From Tricharina praecox (lineage: Eukaryota): a DNA stretch of 64,000 bases. The position numbers and the translations under genes were made by a program. Within the stretch, counting starts at the first letter, position 1; the number at the start of each line of letters is the position of its first letter. The stretch covers positions 496,001 through 560,000 of the forward strand of contig NW_026250406.1 in the NCBI RefSeq assembly GCF_024521635.1, given 5' to 3'. The notes beneath the pieces are model-generated. The model searched no databases. It had not been told where the DNA came from and saw only the letters and a program-made list of their open reading frames with translations. This document shows, piece by piece, positions 26,770-39,019 of the stretch.

Positions 26770-27400
26770 ATGACGAAATCCGCCGTCCGGCTATCCTGTG
26801 ACCTCGGCGCGGTTGCAGAAGTTGTCGCGGCCGCCATTGATCCGGCATCCTACGACGAAGCTACAGGTGCCGTAGCAGAGCTTGAGGTCGCGCTTCAAGA
26901 AGATGTTGCGCAGGAGGCAGCTGATCGCTTTTTGTACTCTTACATTTCCGCCTTCTGCTCGGAGGTGATGCTGCCTTCGTAGTCGGTTACAACCGCGGTG
27001 GCCGTTTAGGCGTCAGGAACTTCAGCGTACAAGGGCTTCCAGGTGTCCTGGGGTCCGAGGACGTGCTCCATAACTTGCAAATTTATGTTGCCCGCAGACC
27101 TGGCCACGATTGAAGACAATATGAGGAGGCTACTAGGGACGATGGCCCTGGCTGCTGGCAAGAAGCGTATTGGATTGCATTGCAACTGAGGTTGCAGTGG
27201 GAGTTTGAAGAGTAGAATGAGATCCTTGGAGGTGAGAGACTTGGGGCATCTGGTGATGCTGAACTGGCACCAGAGATCTGGACGAGGAGAAAATGGGGAG
27301 ATATCATAATGGCAGCTTCTCCTCTTCGCAGACTCCACCATTACCAAACCAATTGCACTGTTAAGATCCAACTGGCGGAGGAACCGATGTAACTGGATAA
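26770..27400 (+). pseudogene. Possible decayed ORF of unknown family
   Basis: Protein-like frame MTKSAVRLSCDLGAVAEVVAAAIDPASYDEATGAVAELE... continues through several stops (…LPADLATIEDNMRRLLGTMALAAGKK…). Confidence 0.3.
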
Positions 27401-27461
27401 CTGGTTAAACGGCATAACTATTGGCAGGTTTAGCTGACCCATCGACCAAAACCCCCCCCTG

Positions 27462-27688
27462 TGTCAAGAAAAGTGGTATCGCGAGATAGTGTATTAAATA
27501 TCAGAAACGGTAGAAAGAAAGGTATATATACAGGAAGGCTCGGGGATGCCTCGGATAGAGGCCGCACGCCGCCGCTCGGCACCTCCGTGTGAGAACGGAT
27601 AACGGAAGTGTCTCGACATAGCGGGTGATCGTTCATGACCCGGCCCGCGGAAGTGACGCGGTACACGGAAGTTCGTGAGATTAGGACA
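27462..27688. mobile_element. Solo LTR, family 1 (copy 3)
   Basis: TGTCAAGAAAAGTGG...TAGGACA with perfect TSD CCCTG at 27457-27461 and 27689-27693. The paralogous site near 23890 is empty. Confidence 0.88.
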
Positions 27689-30600
27689 CCCTGAACAAAA
27701 TCAGAAACGAGTGACGAAATATGCGTCAACACAGCGGAGCGAACACGTATCGTAACAACCCAAAGGCATGACGAGTAAGATAGAGCGATATAGTTCAAGG
27801 ATGGAAGACATATGTCGGTAAATTGTATGCCTCTGAATCTTCTGTTTCTTCTATATAAACCACCTGTTGCCTGTGCTACTCCTCCTTTTTTCCGCTTCTT
27901 ATCCTTCTTCCCATCCCTCTTCTGCTTCGCTAACTTCTCATCCTTCTGCCCATCCTTCTTCGCATCTTTCATTCCATCCTTCTTTTGCTTCTTCACCTTC
28001 TCCTCCTTCTTCCTGCCCAACAACAGCGATAAATCTCCAACAGAAATAAACAGAAGCCACCAATGATGGTGGCCGGGTGTTCATTCCACTTGATATTGAA
28101 CCCATCGTTTCCTTTTTCTTCGTTCTCTTGGGCGGTCTGGATAGCCTTGAGACGTCCAAACTGTCGCATCTTCACAAAAGATCCAGCAGCGAGCCTGGTA
28201 GCGGACGAATGTCGTCCTCGGGGAGCCATTGTCCCCGCGAGGTAGATTGGCCAATGGCCAAGTAAGAGAGCCGCAATGTTGTGGGTGGTCGTGTTGTTCC
28301 CCTCATCGGTCAGCTCAACACGGTGCTTGGCGGCGACCTGCTGGACGTGATACTCCGAGACCATGGCTGTGTCTTCGTTGTCGCATCCAGTACTGTCGCC
28401 TTCCTCGCTTCGCTGCAACCGGCACCGTTGACGGTGCCCGGTGGACAACGGGGGAATTATCTCCCCCATGAACCCATTGATCGGCCCATTCTCCGGCGTC
28501 ACGATTAGTGACGGCCGACTGGGTAGTGGGTCCCGAAGGACCCATGTAACCCGAATCAAAGTCTGTAACGGAAGTCAGTGTCTAGCTCTCCAGTGGGCAG
28601 GGGGAAAAAGATGGGAAGGCACTTACTAGGGATGACGGCGAGCCGGCGACTACGCCAGTGAACGCCAAGTATACACAATATACAGTGCCAATCGCACTCA
28701 AAAACCAACCGGGGGACCCCATTGTGGTATTAACTAACTTATTTCAACACAAGCTAGTGTCCCTCGGGCATTGACAAGAGGTGCCCCATTTGAGTTATCT
28801 TCTCGCTCGTTAGCGCGAGGAATGTGGATGATGGAGGTGAGGGACAAACCTTGGTCTTCAAGTACTTGCTCACCTCCTTATTCGGGTTGACGAGGTCCAG
28901 CACGGCGTGGCAAAGTGGAAATGATCTATGCATCATTAGGAATGGTTCGTCAAAAGGAAGGAATCAAAGGGGAAGATGTAAAACTTACGTGGCATATGAA
29001 GAGGAAACGTTGGCGTAGGGTACAGAGAGAAAGGAGAGGGACAGGAAGGCAATGAGAGAATAGGAAGGATGTGAGAGGACGGGTGGAGCTGGAGAGGAAG
29101 AGAAAGGAAAAGAAGGTAGATGCAATGAAGATCATTGATTCTGAATCGATGATCTTCATCGCATGCCATGGGCTCAGAGAGTAAAGTGAGTGATAGGAAT
29201 TTCGCACCGAGGCGTGATGAAGAGGATGATGTTGTTGAGAGGAAACAGAGGAAAGAGAGAGAGGAGAGGAAGGAGAGGAAGGAGAGGGAGGAGAGGAAGG
29301 AGAGGAAGAAGTGGTTGCGGTGGGTTTGTGGGGTCGGCAGAAGTTCAGTGACATTGTAGGTCTGGGGCATGCAGTCGCTAGCGAGGTTGCACGAGGACCA
29401 CGTGAAGCTACGTTGGAGCACATGGGTTGCAACATGTAAGAAGCTCGGTAGCTACGGCGGGAGTTACCACTTCAGATGCATCGGTATCCTGTAACCTGAC
29501 CCGGCCAGCACATCGTTAGGTATACAGAGCACTATAAGCTTGTCTCGACGGCTCGATTTGAACGTCCTTCAGGCGGGCAAGTTGCACAAGGCGGTGCCTG
29601 TCGAGGGAGGATTATGAGGTTCGTGGAGAGTTCGCAAGGATTATTCGAGGCGCTCTGTGCTGAGGTGTCGGAACTATCGTAGGTAGTCCTGACTACGACG
29701 TGTTGCTCCAGCTCCGGCCCCTCACCCTAGGTGGTCGTGACACGGTGGTGCAGGCGTCTTCTACTGCGGACATGTAGACCTGCGAGCTCCGGCATTACTT
29801 GTGTTCGTTTCTGTCGTATCTCCTAGAAGGCACGTCTCCGGGGTATGACGGTCGGGGTGTACGGTATGGATGGTAAAGACATAAGAGGGTGACTCCTTAT
29901 TGCCGTATGACAGTCATTAAAGTACGCCGTACCTGCCGCCTGTGCCATCTTGTTGTACTACCACTTCAACCCACCGAAAAGCAGAGAGTTTAACCTACAT
30001 GCTCGAATGCACGAATACCGGCACCGGTGTTATGGATCTGCCAGTCTGTGCTCACATCCCCGGCTATCAACTTCGGTGTCAGGAAAAGCACACCCCTTCA
30101 GCTAGGATTGTTGCCGCGATCGAGATCGAAGAAACCCGTCATCTCGGGACAGAGTTTCCGGAGGATAAATATGCTTAATCGTGAGTGTATTTGTTAACCG
30201 ATTACTACCAGACTCCCGGATTCACCAAGATTTCTCTGGATACGGATTGTTATTCGGTCATATCCTATCCAGTTCGGTGCCCACTACCAACCGTAAAACC
30301 CCAACACTGCGTGTAGTGGAAAGACCGGAATTGAAGAACAGCGAGCTCAGGACATTACGTACTGCGAGTGATAGAGTTCAGCCGGGGGCATGATCTAAAG
30401 GTACACCGTCGTGCTGCATCACAAGCACTCGCTCGGCTTATTTTCCGGTACTTTTCCGGTGTTGAGATTTTCTAGATCGGTGGCATGCAATCAATGAATA
30501 AACAAAAATAAAATAGAAGCGTGGAAACTGAGTGTGCAGGTGCATGTTAGGATATTCGGAGGAGCGGATATTGCGAATCACAGCCTTTGACTGCTCGAGG

Positions 30601-31837
30601 TACAGGTAACTACCCCAACAGCAAGCTACCTCAACAGCAAGCTACCTACTGTAGTCTGCTGCTGCATGGTTCCATCACCCCCACTTTCCCACGAATCCCT
30701 CCACTCATAACCACAAGAATCATAACCACCTTCACCACTTCAGTCCTCGGCCGCATGCGTTTCCTCAAGTTCGATCGCCAGCACCGTGCATGCTATATTC
30801 GTCGGAGGGCTCTTCTACACGGGCGTCAAGCCAGTTTCGTCGATCCAGCTCCGCGGGGCCGCACGTCGTCGCTCATTTAGCGATGTCCTACTCGGGTATG
30901 GTCTACCAATCGTTTAGCTTCATCGGCTGAGACAGCTAGTTTTTAGCATACCTTCGTCACCTTTGCGCCGAATACCAGCGCGCATACTGCGGTCGCTGAA
31001 GAGTCTACCCAGCGACGTAAACCGAGGCCGCCCGCGCGCTTATTTGGTTGACTCCAAGGAACAGCAAGACAAGTAAGATCAGATTGACAGTTTCCTAAAG
31101 ATTTCTCGTGGACTCAGGAAGCTGATTCGGAGATCGACAACAGGCTGAAGGACGCGGCTACCGGCCAACAGATGAGAAAGAGAATCGCTGAGTAGACTTC
31201 TACATACTCCCCGGTAACTCGACTCGGCACATCCGGCCGCTTCCTCTGTCGTCCCGTTCCGCGCACCATAAGCATAATCTATGCCGCAACAAGCATGTGG
31301 TTTCGATTCGGCTTGATACGCGGATGCAACCACCGCCGCTAAGCCGTTAGCGCTACGCTGTTGGGGCAGGCCAAACGCGGATACAGCCGGCTGCATATGT
31401 ATGTAGGTGACTGGTGTGGGGGTCGGTCTCACTCATTGGGTACTTGCATGCTGATTGGTGCTCCACAGCGATCATGCACTCGTGGTTGGCATTTAGGATC
31501 CGGATATGCAGCCGCTTCCTGGGCATGGAGCCTTTCCCCCACCGGCAGTTTTTCATCCAGAATCTCCAGTTCAAGCACCGATTCGCATTCCGAAAATATC
31601 ATTGCGCCATAACTATTCCGGATACTTTATACCAACCTCCCGCGGGTGTGCATAACTTGTGCTGAGCGGTATATACCAGCGACCCCGCACAAAGTGGAAG
31701 CGGGGCTTTATACATAGTGCCGGGTGTCGCTGAAGGAAAGATCGAAGAAGGGCTCTTTATCTACGCGACAGTGGTTCTTACTTAATTCCTACAGTTCTAC
31801 GTGCCTCAACACTACTATAGTACATCAATCTCCAGCA

Positions 31838-33151
31838 ATGTCGTCCCCACCCCCCGCCTCAAGCGCCGCCGCCGTTCCCGCCCTACCCGTCGGAGCGAGC
31901 GCCGACCAGCCATCAATCGTACGTACCATCTATGTCGCCGCAGCTTCTCAGCGGAATTGAAGCTCACCAGTACACAGGAAGTCGACGACGACTATGACAC
32001 CACCTCTGACTATGGCTCCAGCCTGTAAGTATCACGTGCACCCCACTCGCGGCGATTCTCAGCTTGACCGACTACTGACGAGACAATGCCCATAGTCAGA
32101 GCAGCACCCAATCCCTCAGCACCACGATCCGCGACTACGTCTACGAGAATGGCCGGCGTTACCATCGTTACGCCGAGGGAAAATATATCTCGCCGAACGA
32201 TGAGATGGAACAGGACCGTCTAGATCTCGTCCACCACCTCTCCCTCCTTGTGTTAAACGGCAACCTCTACACCGCACCGATTCCGAAGGATCCGCACCAC
32301 ATCCTCGACTGTGGCACTGGCACGGGTATCTGGGCGCTCGATATGGCCGATACGTTCAAGAGCGCGCAGGTCGTCGGTGTAGATCTCAGTCCGATCCAGC
32401 CGGCGTGGGTCGTGCCGAACTGCAAATTCGAGGTGGACGACTTGAGTCTCGATTGGACTTATCCCAAGGTACCGTGTTGCATCGCTCCCGAATATGGATG
32501 ACATGCATCCATGTGCAGAACCTTGGCTGACATCGTGATTACTAGGATCACTTCGACTTCATCCACTCCCGCGACATCACCTACACGCTCAAGGACCTTC
32601 CGCACTACGTGCAGCAGATGTACGAGCACGTGAAGCCCGGGGGGTGGGTTGAGCTGGCGGAGGCGGAGATGGGCGGCCCGTGGTCGGACGACAACAGCGT
32701 TCCCGCGGACTGCGCGTTCGTCGAGTACATGGTGCACTTCACGCGTCTCGCGAGCGCCGCCGGGTTCGGTGAGACGAACGGTCACGCGCTGAAGAAACAG
32801 CTCGAAAAGGCTGGGTTCGTCGATGTTTACGTCGGCACGTATAAGCTGCCGTGGGGAACGTGGCCCAAGAAGAAGACGATTAAGGAGCAGGGCGCCATTG
32901 GGAAGATGATCCTCGAGAGCGGGTTTGAGGTGAGCTACCTCTGCATCACTGGTTTCTTCGAAGATACTGACTGGAAGTAGGCCTACGGAATGGCACTCTT
33001 CACAAGGGTGGGAGGGATGACTGGCGCGCAAGCGGCGGATATCATCACACGCGCAAAGAATGACGTCGCGAATCGGCAGATTCACTCATACACGTACAGG
33101 TGGCATGTTATTGGGCGAAAGCCGACGGCGGAGGAGTGTACCAAGGCTTAG
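31838..33151 (+). CDS. LaeA-like class I SAM-dependent methyltransferase; exons 31838-31918, 31978-32024, 32096-32468, 32546-32929, 32981-33151; 351 aa
   Basis: YENGRRYH...PNDEMEQDRLDL, ILDCGTGTGIWA, GVDLSPIQP, FEVDD, FDFIHSR, KPGGWVEL, C-terminal GRKP. Four canonical introns give a 1056-nt open frame. Confidence 0.95.
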
Positions 33152-35812
33152 GCGAGATGAGAAGTAGGGTTTGTCTTGTGAATCCTATGCTAGAATTTTT
33201 GCTATGCATTCTGATCGGTGGGGGATAAGTGGAGGCTGGGAGGCTGGGAGGCGGGGAGATAGCAGAGATTGGGAGGAGGGTCACTTATCGAATATGGCTA
33301 TCCATATTGGATACAGTGGCTGGACTAATTGTGATAATGTAATTGCTCGCATTGGTATCTTCGCACAGTGATTTCTGTTCATATTCTCCAGATCATCGAA
33401 GACGCACACCTGGGATATATACTGTTTGAGATCTAGAGTTTCTAAAGTAGAGGGAGCCGATACTTATCGTCAGACAGAACGCTTCTGCCGAAGAGCTAGA
33501 AGATCTGTTCCCGCAGCCCAGAGAAAGATAAATGCGTGTGATACATCATGTCACGGGTGTACCCGCTATATTGGAAAATCGAGGCTTCGAGCAATGTGGA
33601 GCAGTTTCCCATAGCTCCGCTGAGGGAGAGCTATCGTGGGATGCACAGACGTGTTAGGCTAGATGTCGGTGTTTTGCTTTTTTGTGTTGAGCATTCTTCG
33701 CCTGGTTTTTCTGGTCACAGCAGCCCATGTATCTCCGCTGCCGCCTGTTCCCCCATAACAACTTGACATCAGCCTCATCGACATGCTCTAGACAACTGGC
33801 TATCTCGCTGGTACAGTGTAGGTAGACCTCCATGTCATCCCTCCCCGATCCTGATCTTTCACCATCGAGTTTTCACACGTCATCGCTCGATGAGCGAGCA
33901 GCTTTGCATGCCTCGACGGCAGCGAGAAGCATCACTAACGACTCAAGGTGTGTCCTCCCCCTGTTCGTCTGTCTTCCTCCCCTTGTTCTGAGCCCACCAT
34001 CAATACCCTATCCCTCCTTCTCCCTTCTTCCTACTGTGGGACCCAGCGTAAACAACGCCTTGGCACGTCCGTTTCGACTTAGAGCTGCGAGCTTGAGTTG
34101 GACCGACTGTCAACAGCTTGTGAACAGACTGGGACCCGTCGCGACCTGCTCTGCTGGCAGGTATGACCGTGGGCAGAGAGATTCGTTTTGATTCGATTTG
34201 AGGGTGGCCATGGCAGATGCACGAGCGACGAAATTTCGCCGACCTGGCTACACCAGATTCGATCGGCAAAATTTTCGGAGAGCCCTTGTTTATAAAAGGC
34301 AGATCTCTCTCCTATGTCGGCCGGTTGTTTCTTTCCTCATCATCTTTCTCATCATCTTTCTCAACACTATTGTGATTGATTTCATTGATTTCATTTCTTT
34401 CCTACCTTTTCATCGTTGTTTGGTCTCGCCATTCAACTCACAAGCTTCTTGACGATCACCTGAAGAACTCAGGTGGCTCTTTTCTTCCATTTTCTTTTTC
34501 TCTCTTCTAAAACCCGCAGCAGAAAAGGAGGCCAAGATCACCTTACCTGCTGCGGGTTCTCTCGGTGCCCCTCTCACCGAAGTCGAGACAATCGATGCCA
34601 CCATCTCATCTCTTACTAAAGTTGCCTGATGATCCTCCCCGTCCACAGCCCTTCACTACCTTACCATCAATGCCCCTCTGTTCTCACCACAAATGACATG
34701 CCTCTTACCATTACCATCCTCTATATTTCTGTACATCCGATCCTGCACCATTCTACTACCCTCCCCTACAAATCTCTACAACTCTCTACAACTCCCACAC
34801 CCAATCCTGTACCGATCTACTACCCTTCTCTTCACCTCTCTCCCTTTTCTCTTTCCATCACGACCCCTCCATCCCCACGATTGCCCTTCTCTCGTACCGT
34901 CACCATCCTCCTGCTGACATCAATCTCTCCACTCCACCTCTCTACAACCGCCGCTCCCACAAAGTATGACCGCCACTATCATCCCCACCGTCTGCCTGCA
35001 CGCAGTCGTCCCGTCATCCTTCTCCCAGCGCCGCTCCAAATACATTTACTGCCCACTACAACGGAACATCGCTCGAGATCCATGGAGCCTACTCGCCCCA
35101 ATCGTCGCAAACTTGGCGGTCGAGGACAACGCTCGAAGTTCAACAATGCGGCGGCTCCTAGACCAGCCATCGTCAATTCAGCGGCCCCCGTCTAGGAGAT
35201 GGGGTGTGAGAAGAGCCACAATGGTGGCGAAGAAGCGAAGGAGATCGGCGAAGCGCAGGGGGAAGGGGTGGGAGAAGAGCCCCAATGGTGGCGAAGAAGA
35301 GAAGGAGGTGAAGCTGAGGAAGAAGATTCAAGAGGAGGACACAGAAGACGAGAAGACGAGATGTTGAGATGTTGAGATGTTGAGATGGTGATATGGTGAT
35401 ATGTGATAAGTTGAGATAATGAAATGTTGAGATGGTGGGCTGTTGGGATCATATCATTGTGGAGGAAATAAATGAATGGGAAGACGAGATAACAGAGATG
35501 ACAGGATGATGAATAGACGGATGAATGGAAGACAAACAGAGAGATGACGACGATGGAGGGGTGGTTCACTTATTGAATGTGGCTATGCATATTGTATTGA
35601 GTGGTTTGAAATAATTATGACAATGATTTGATTGCGCACATTAGATTCTCTACACAATCATTTCTGCTTATATTTTTCGAGCTCATCGGAGAAGTACAGT
35701 TTGAATTTCGACTACCTATTCCATATCTAGAGTTATCAGAAAGCCGACACATAGCTCGGGACCAAGAACCGCCCCACCGAAGAGCTAGAAGATCTTTTCT
35801 CGGCAGCGTATC

Positions 35813-36042
35813 TGTCAAATTTACTGAGCTAGTGGACCCGCTGGCGAGACTAGACAACAGAGAACATCTCCAGATACAGTTCGCATGACCGACACCAAAC
35901 AGCACCATGTTCTCCGCCGGATACCATTCGCACGACTCAGTCTTTCACTCCTTCGGAACAGTGCTCCTTTGAAACGTCACCATCGCCCTACAGCGGATAT
36001 GCGGAGAGATCCTTCATGTGCGCCTAAAGCCGCAATCGGACA
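35813..36042. mobile_element. Probable solo LTR inserted in block A
   Basis: TGTCAAA...CGGACA, 230 bp, absent from other block A copies. Flanks GTATC/GGACC look like a decayed TSD. Confidence 0.6.
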
Positions 36043-37349
36043 GGACCACATACATCTCGCAACCCAGAGAAAGATAGATACACGTGATACTTGATGATGC
36101 GGATGTACCTACTAAATACGAAAAATACAGTCTTCTAGCACTGTAAAGTACCTTGTTGAGCATCCTTCGGCCGTCGTTTCTGTTCCCAGCAGCGCCCACG
36201 TCTCTGCCGCCCCCCTCTTCCCCGATAGCAACTTGAGACTTGACATCAGCCTCGCCGACAATTTCCACACGGAATATACGACCGGTTATCGCATCAGCGC
36301 ATTGTACTCCCCCATGCCATCTGTCAGATAGAAAAAGATGTATTGGCAGATCGTTGTCTGGTTTTTACATTTTCGCCGGACCGGAGCTCCTCTATATACA
36401 GAATCTGGAGTCCTCCCATAGCATACAGACGACTGTGCGCGTTTATACATTCTCTGCCCGCATTGCTTCTGTCTGCCAGCATTGCTGCTGTCTACCAACA
36501 TTGCTGCGGTGTTCATCGGCCGCTTCCAGACGTTCAAACTCCAACACCATCCGTCCAGACTCGGCACGTTCCTGATCGTTCATCATCGAGTTCGCGCTTT
36601 GAAGATTAAAGCCGGAGGCTACATCACTGACATTTCGTCTTAACACGTGGAAGATGCATCGATGGTGGGACATACGAGTATCTTGATAGCTGTTGAAAGT
36701 GGTATCGATGTTGAAGTTGATAGGTGCACTGGAAGGTAGGAAGGAAGGTTACCGAGGTTCTGTTGGCAACGTAGGTGGAAGAATGTGTCGGAAATATTGC
36801 GATGTAAGATGGGATAATGTATTAAGAAAACGATGAGGCAAAACTAGATAGACAGCTGGCTTGGTGCGAGAACAGACAATACCGTCCATCAAAATGACGG
36901 ATAGCACGGAGTTAGTACTACTATCCCGACCCCCAGAAGGAGTAGATAAAGCTGAATTAGCCTCTTCCGATCCGCCGTGACTATGTAAAACACTGGTGGT
37001 GTGGTTCTCGGGCAGCATTCGCACGTCATCGCTCGATGGGCGACTGTTTGCGTGCTTCCGCGGCAGCGGCAAGCCGCTCTAACGACTCGACTGTAATTCA
37101 GTTGCAAGCACCGCTTGCGTTATTTCAACGACGTCACCCTCCCCCCTTTCTATATCCTCCTCCTTCTTCCTAACCAGCCATCAACATTCTCTCTCCCCTT
37201 CTTCCTTCCTCCTACCCCACCATCGACATCCTCTCTCTCTTTCTCTCTTCTTCCTACTCTACCATCACCGCCCCTCCATCCTCACGACAACTCTTTTATC
37301 TCTCACCATGAAATCCCTCATCTCTCTACAACCACCGCTCCCCGAAAGT

Positions 37350-37781
37350 ATGGCCGCCACAACCATCCCCACGAGTACACGGCCAGCCTGGCATTACACT
37401 CCAGCGTCGCTCCCAATACATTTCCTGCCCACTACAACGGTACGGCCCTCGAGGCCCCCAGAGCCTAGTCGCCCCTCGAGGGCGTTACCGACTAGCAGCC
37501 CCTTGACATCATGTCCGCCCTTCTCGCCCTACTCGCCGCCAATTTGGCGGTCGAGGATCGATGCCCTGTTGGATGACACAAACGTCGATCGCATTATCGA
37601 TTGCGTAGTCGGGGTGATGAGTACGCAGGAAGCGGTCACTGAACCCACCGCGGACGAGCAGGAGATCCAAGAGGCAGATCTTTCAGAATCCCTCCAGCTT
37701 GTGGAAGAGTTGGAAAACACTGGTCAAATGGCAGACCACCCGGATCATCAGGAAAACAATATTATCCGTTGGGGCGTGTAG
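37350..37781 (+). CDS. Hypothetical protein, open copy of the MAATIIPT family with acidic C-terminal domain (143 aa)
   Basis: ATG in AGTATGG context after a TATA-like/CT-rich leader. C-terminus IDALLDDTNVDRIIDCVVGVMSTQEAVTEPTADEQE has paralogs at ~41500 and ~57265 with mostly conservative substitutions. Confidence 0.4.
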   Translation: MAATTIPTSTRPAWHYTPASLPIHFLPTTTVRPSRPPEPSRPSRALPTSSPLTSCPPFSPYSPPIWRSRIDALLDDTNVDRIIDCVVGVMSTQEAVTEPTADEQEIQEADLSESLQLVEELENTGQMADHPDHQENNIIRWGV

Positions 37782-39019
37782 ACGGTCCTGACTCTGGTCA
37801 CGCTGGGAATACTAAGGCGCTATTGCACATTAAAAATGACTGTCATCTCCAGTATGAACGACAAATGCCCAGTCTATTTCGTATATGATTGGAAACACAG
37901 AAACCGTCTGCGTTACCTATTGTTGGAGTAGGTAGTCAATCATCCAGAAATTTCTACTGTGCACGGTGTTTACGAGTAGGCGATATATCCTGCGTATTTC
38001 AGAATATTTATTCTGTTCCTATTTGTACTATATACTCCTCATAGACTATCCACATGCATCATGATTTGGGCTAATAAACCCATCCTCTTCCTCCTCCCAA
38101 TCCCCGCTTTCCTCTCCCTCATCCATTTCCTCCCCTCCTCCTCCGCGCATCCCAGCGGGCACATGCTCCTCTTCTAGGCCTGCAAGGTACAAAGGAAGGA
38201 GAAGGTATCAACGAAAAGACACTCGGAGAGTAGCAGTATGTACGGAGCACGAGGTATGGAGGGAGATGGCGTTATCGAGGAAAACGGCGGTATCGAAGGA
38301 GGAGGCTGTCTGGAGGGAGGAGGCTGTCTAGAAGGAGGAGGCTGTATCGAAGGACGAGGCTGTGTTTATTGAGCAGACAATATCAGCGACAGTTCTGGCA
38401 ATACGAGTAGCAGTGGAGAACGAGGGCGAAATGCAGGTGGTGAACGAGGGCGAGGTGAAGGTCGTACCGGTCTCTTGGGGCGGCCGTCTCAATCGGCTGC
38501 GCTGCCAACAGTTTGGCAGTCCTTTGGGGAGCCGGTATGATCGAACCGTTGGTATAGGGAGTGCGGTGTGTGGATTTGTGGAGTAGCGAGTGTGGGGAGG
38601 ACTGATGTTGAAAGTTAGAGAAAGCAATCAAGGTTGCGCTGCCACTGGCATTATATATCATCATTTTCCTCAGAGGCGTGCGTGTGTGAGTATGAGGTCG
38701 GACTGATGGCTAGTGCTGTGGCAAGTGCTGTGGCGAGAGCTGATAAACCTAAAGAACCCCACACACTTCGCCACGCGTAGTCTCCGTCGTCTTCCAAGCT
38801 AATTCTAGAACCCATGGTGACGTCAGCATGGCGCGATCCAAAGCTTAACAGCCAACTATCATGTGTAGCAAGAACCATATTCGTCTATCACCTATCATGC
38901 CAAAGCAATGTCGCGGGCCGGTGTCCCCAACCAACTATGAACATATTGGAAGCGACGAGATGACGCCACAGCTGAGTTGACGGCGCTGACACCTTGACCG
39001 CACCGATGAGTCAAGGGAG

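Larger units (their letters stand above)
23790..29500. repeat. Old direct duplication: ~23790-25280 versus ~27390-29500
   Basis: Shared blocks in the same order: GGATAACTGG..GCAGGTT; AGAAATAAACAGAAGCCACC; GCGAGGTA..CAATGGCCAAG; CGGAAGTCAGT.TCTAGCTCTC..AAAAAGATGGGAAGG; GAAGGAGA(T/G) repeat; TGTGGGGTCGGCA..GGTCTGGGGCAT..AGAAGCTCGGT.GCTACGGCGGG. Confidence 0.8.

Noticed and set aside
3608..33151. P450 plus methyltransferase as a secondary-metabolite cluster
   Set aside because: They are 26 kb apart, separated by housekeeping Sdh5 and repeats, and no PKS, NRPS or terpene synthase is in the window.
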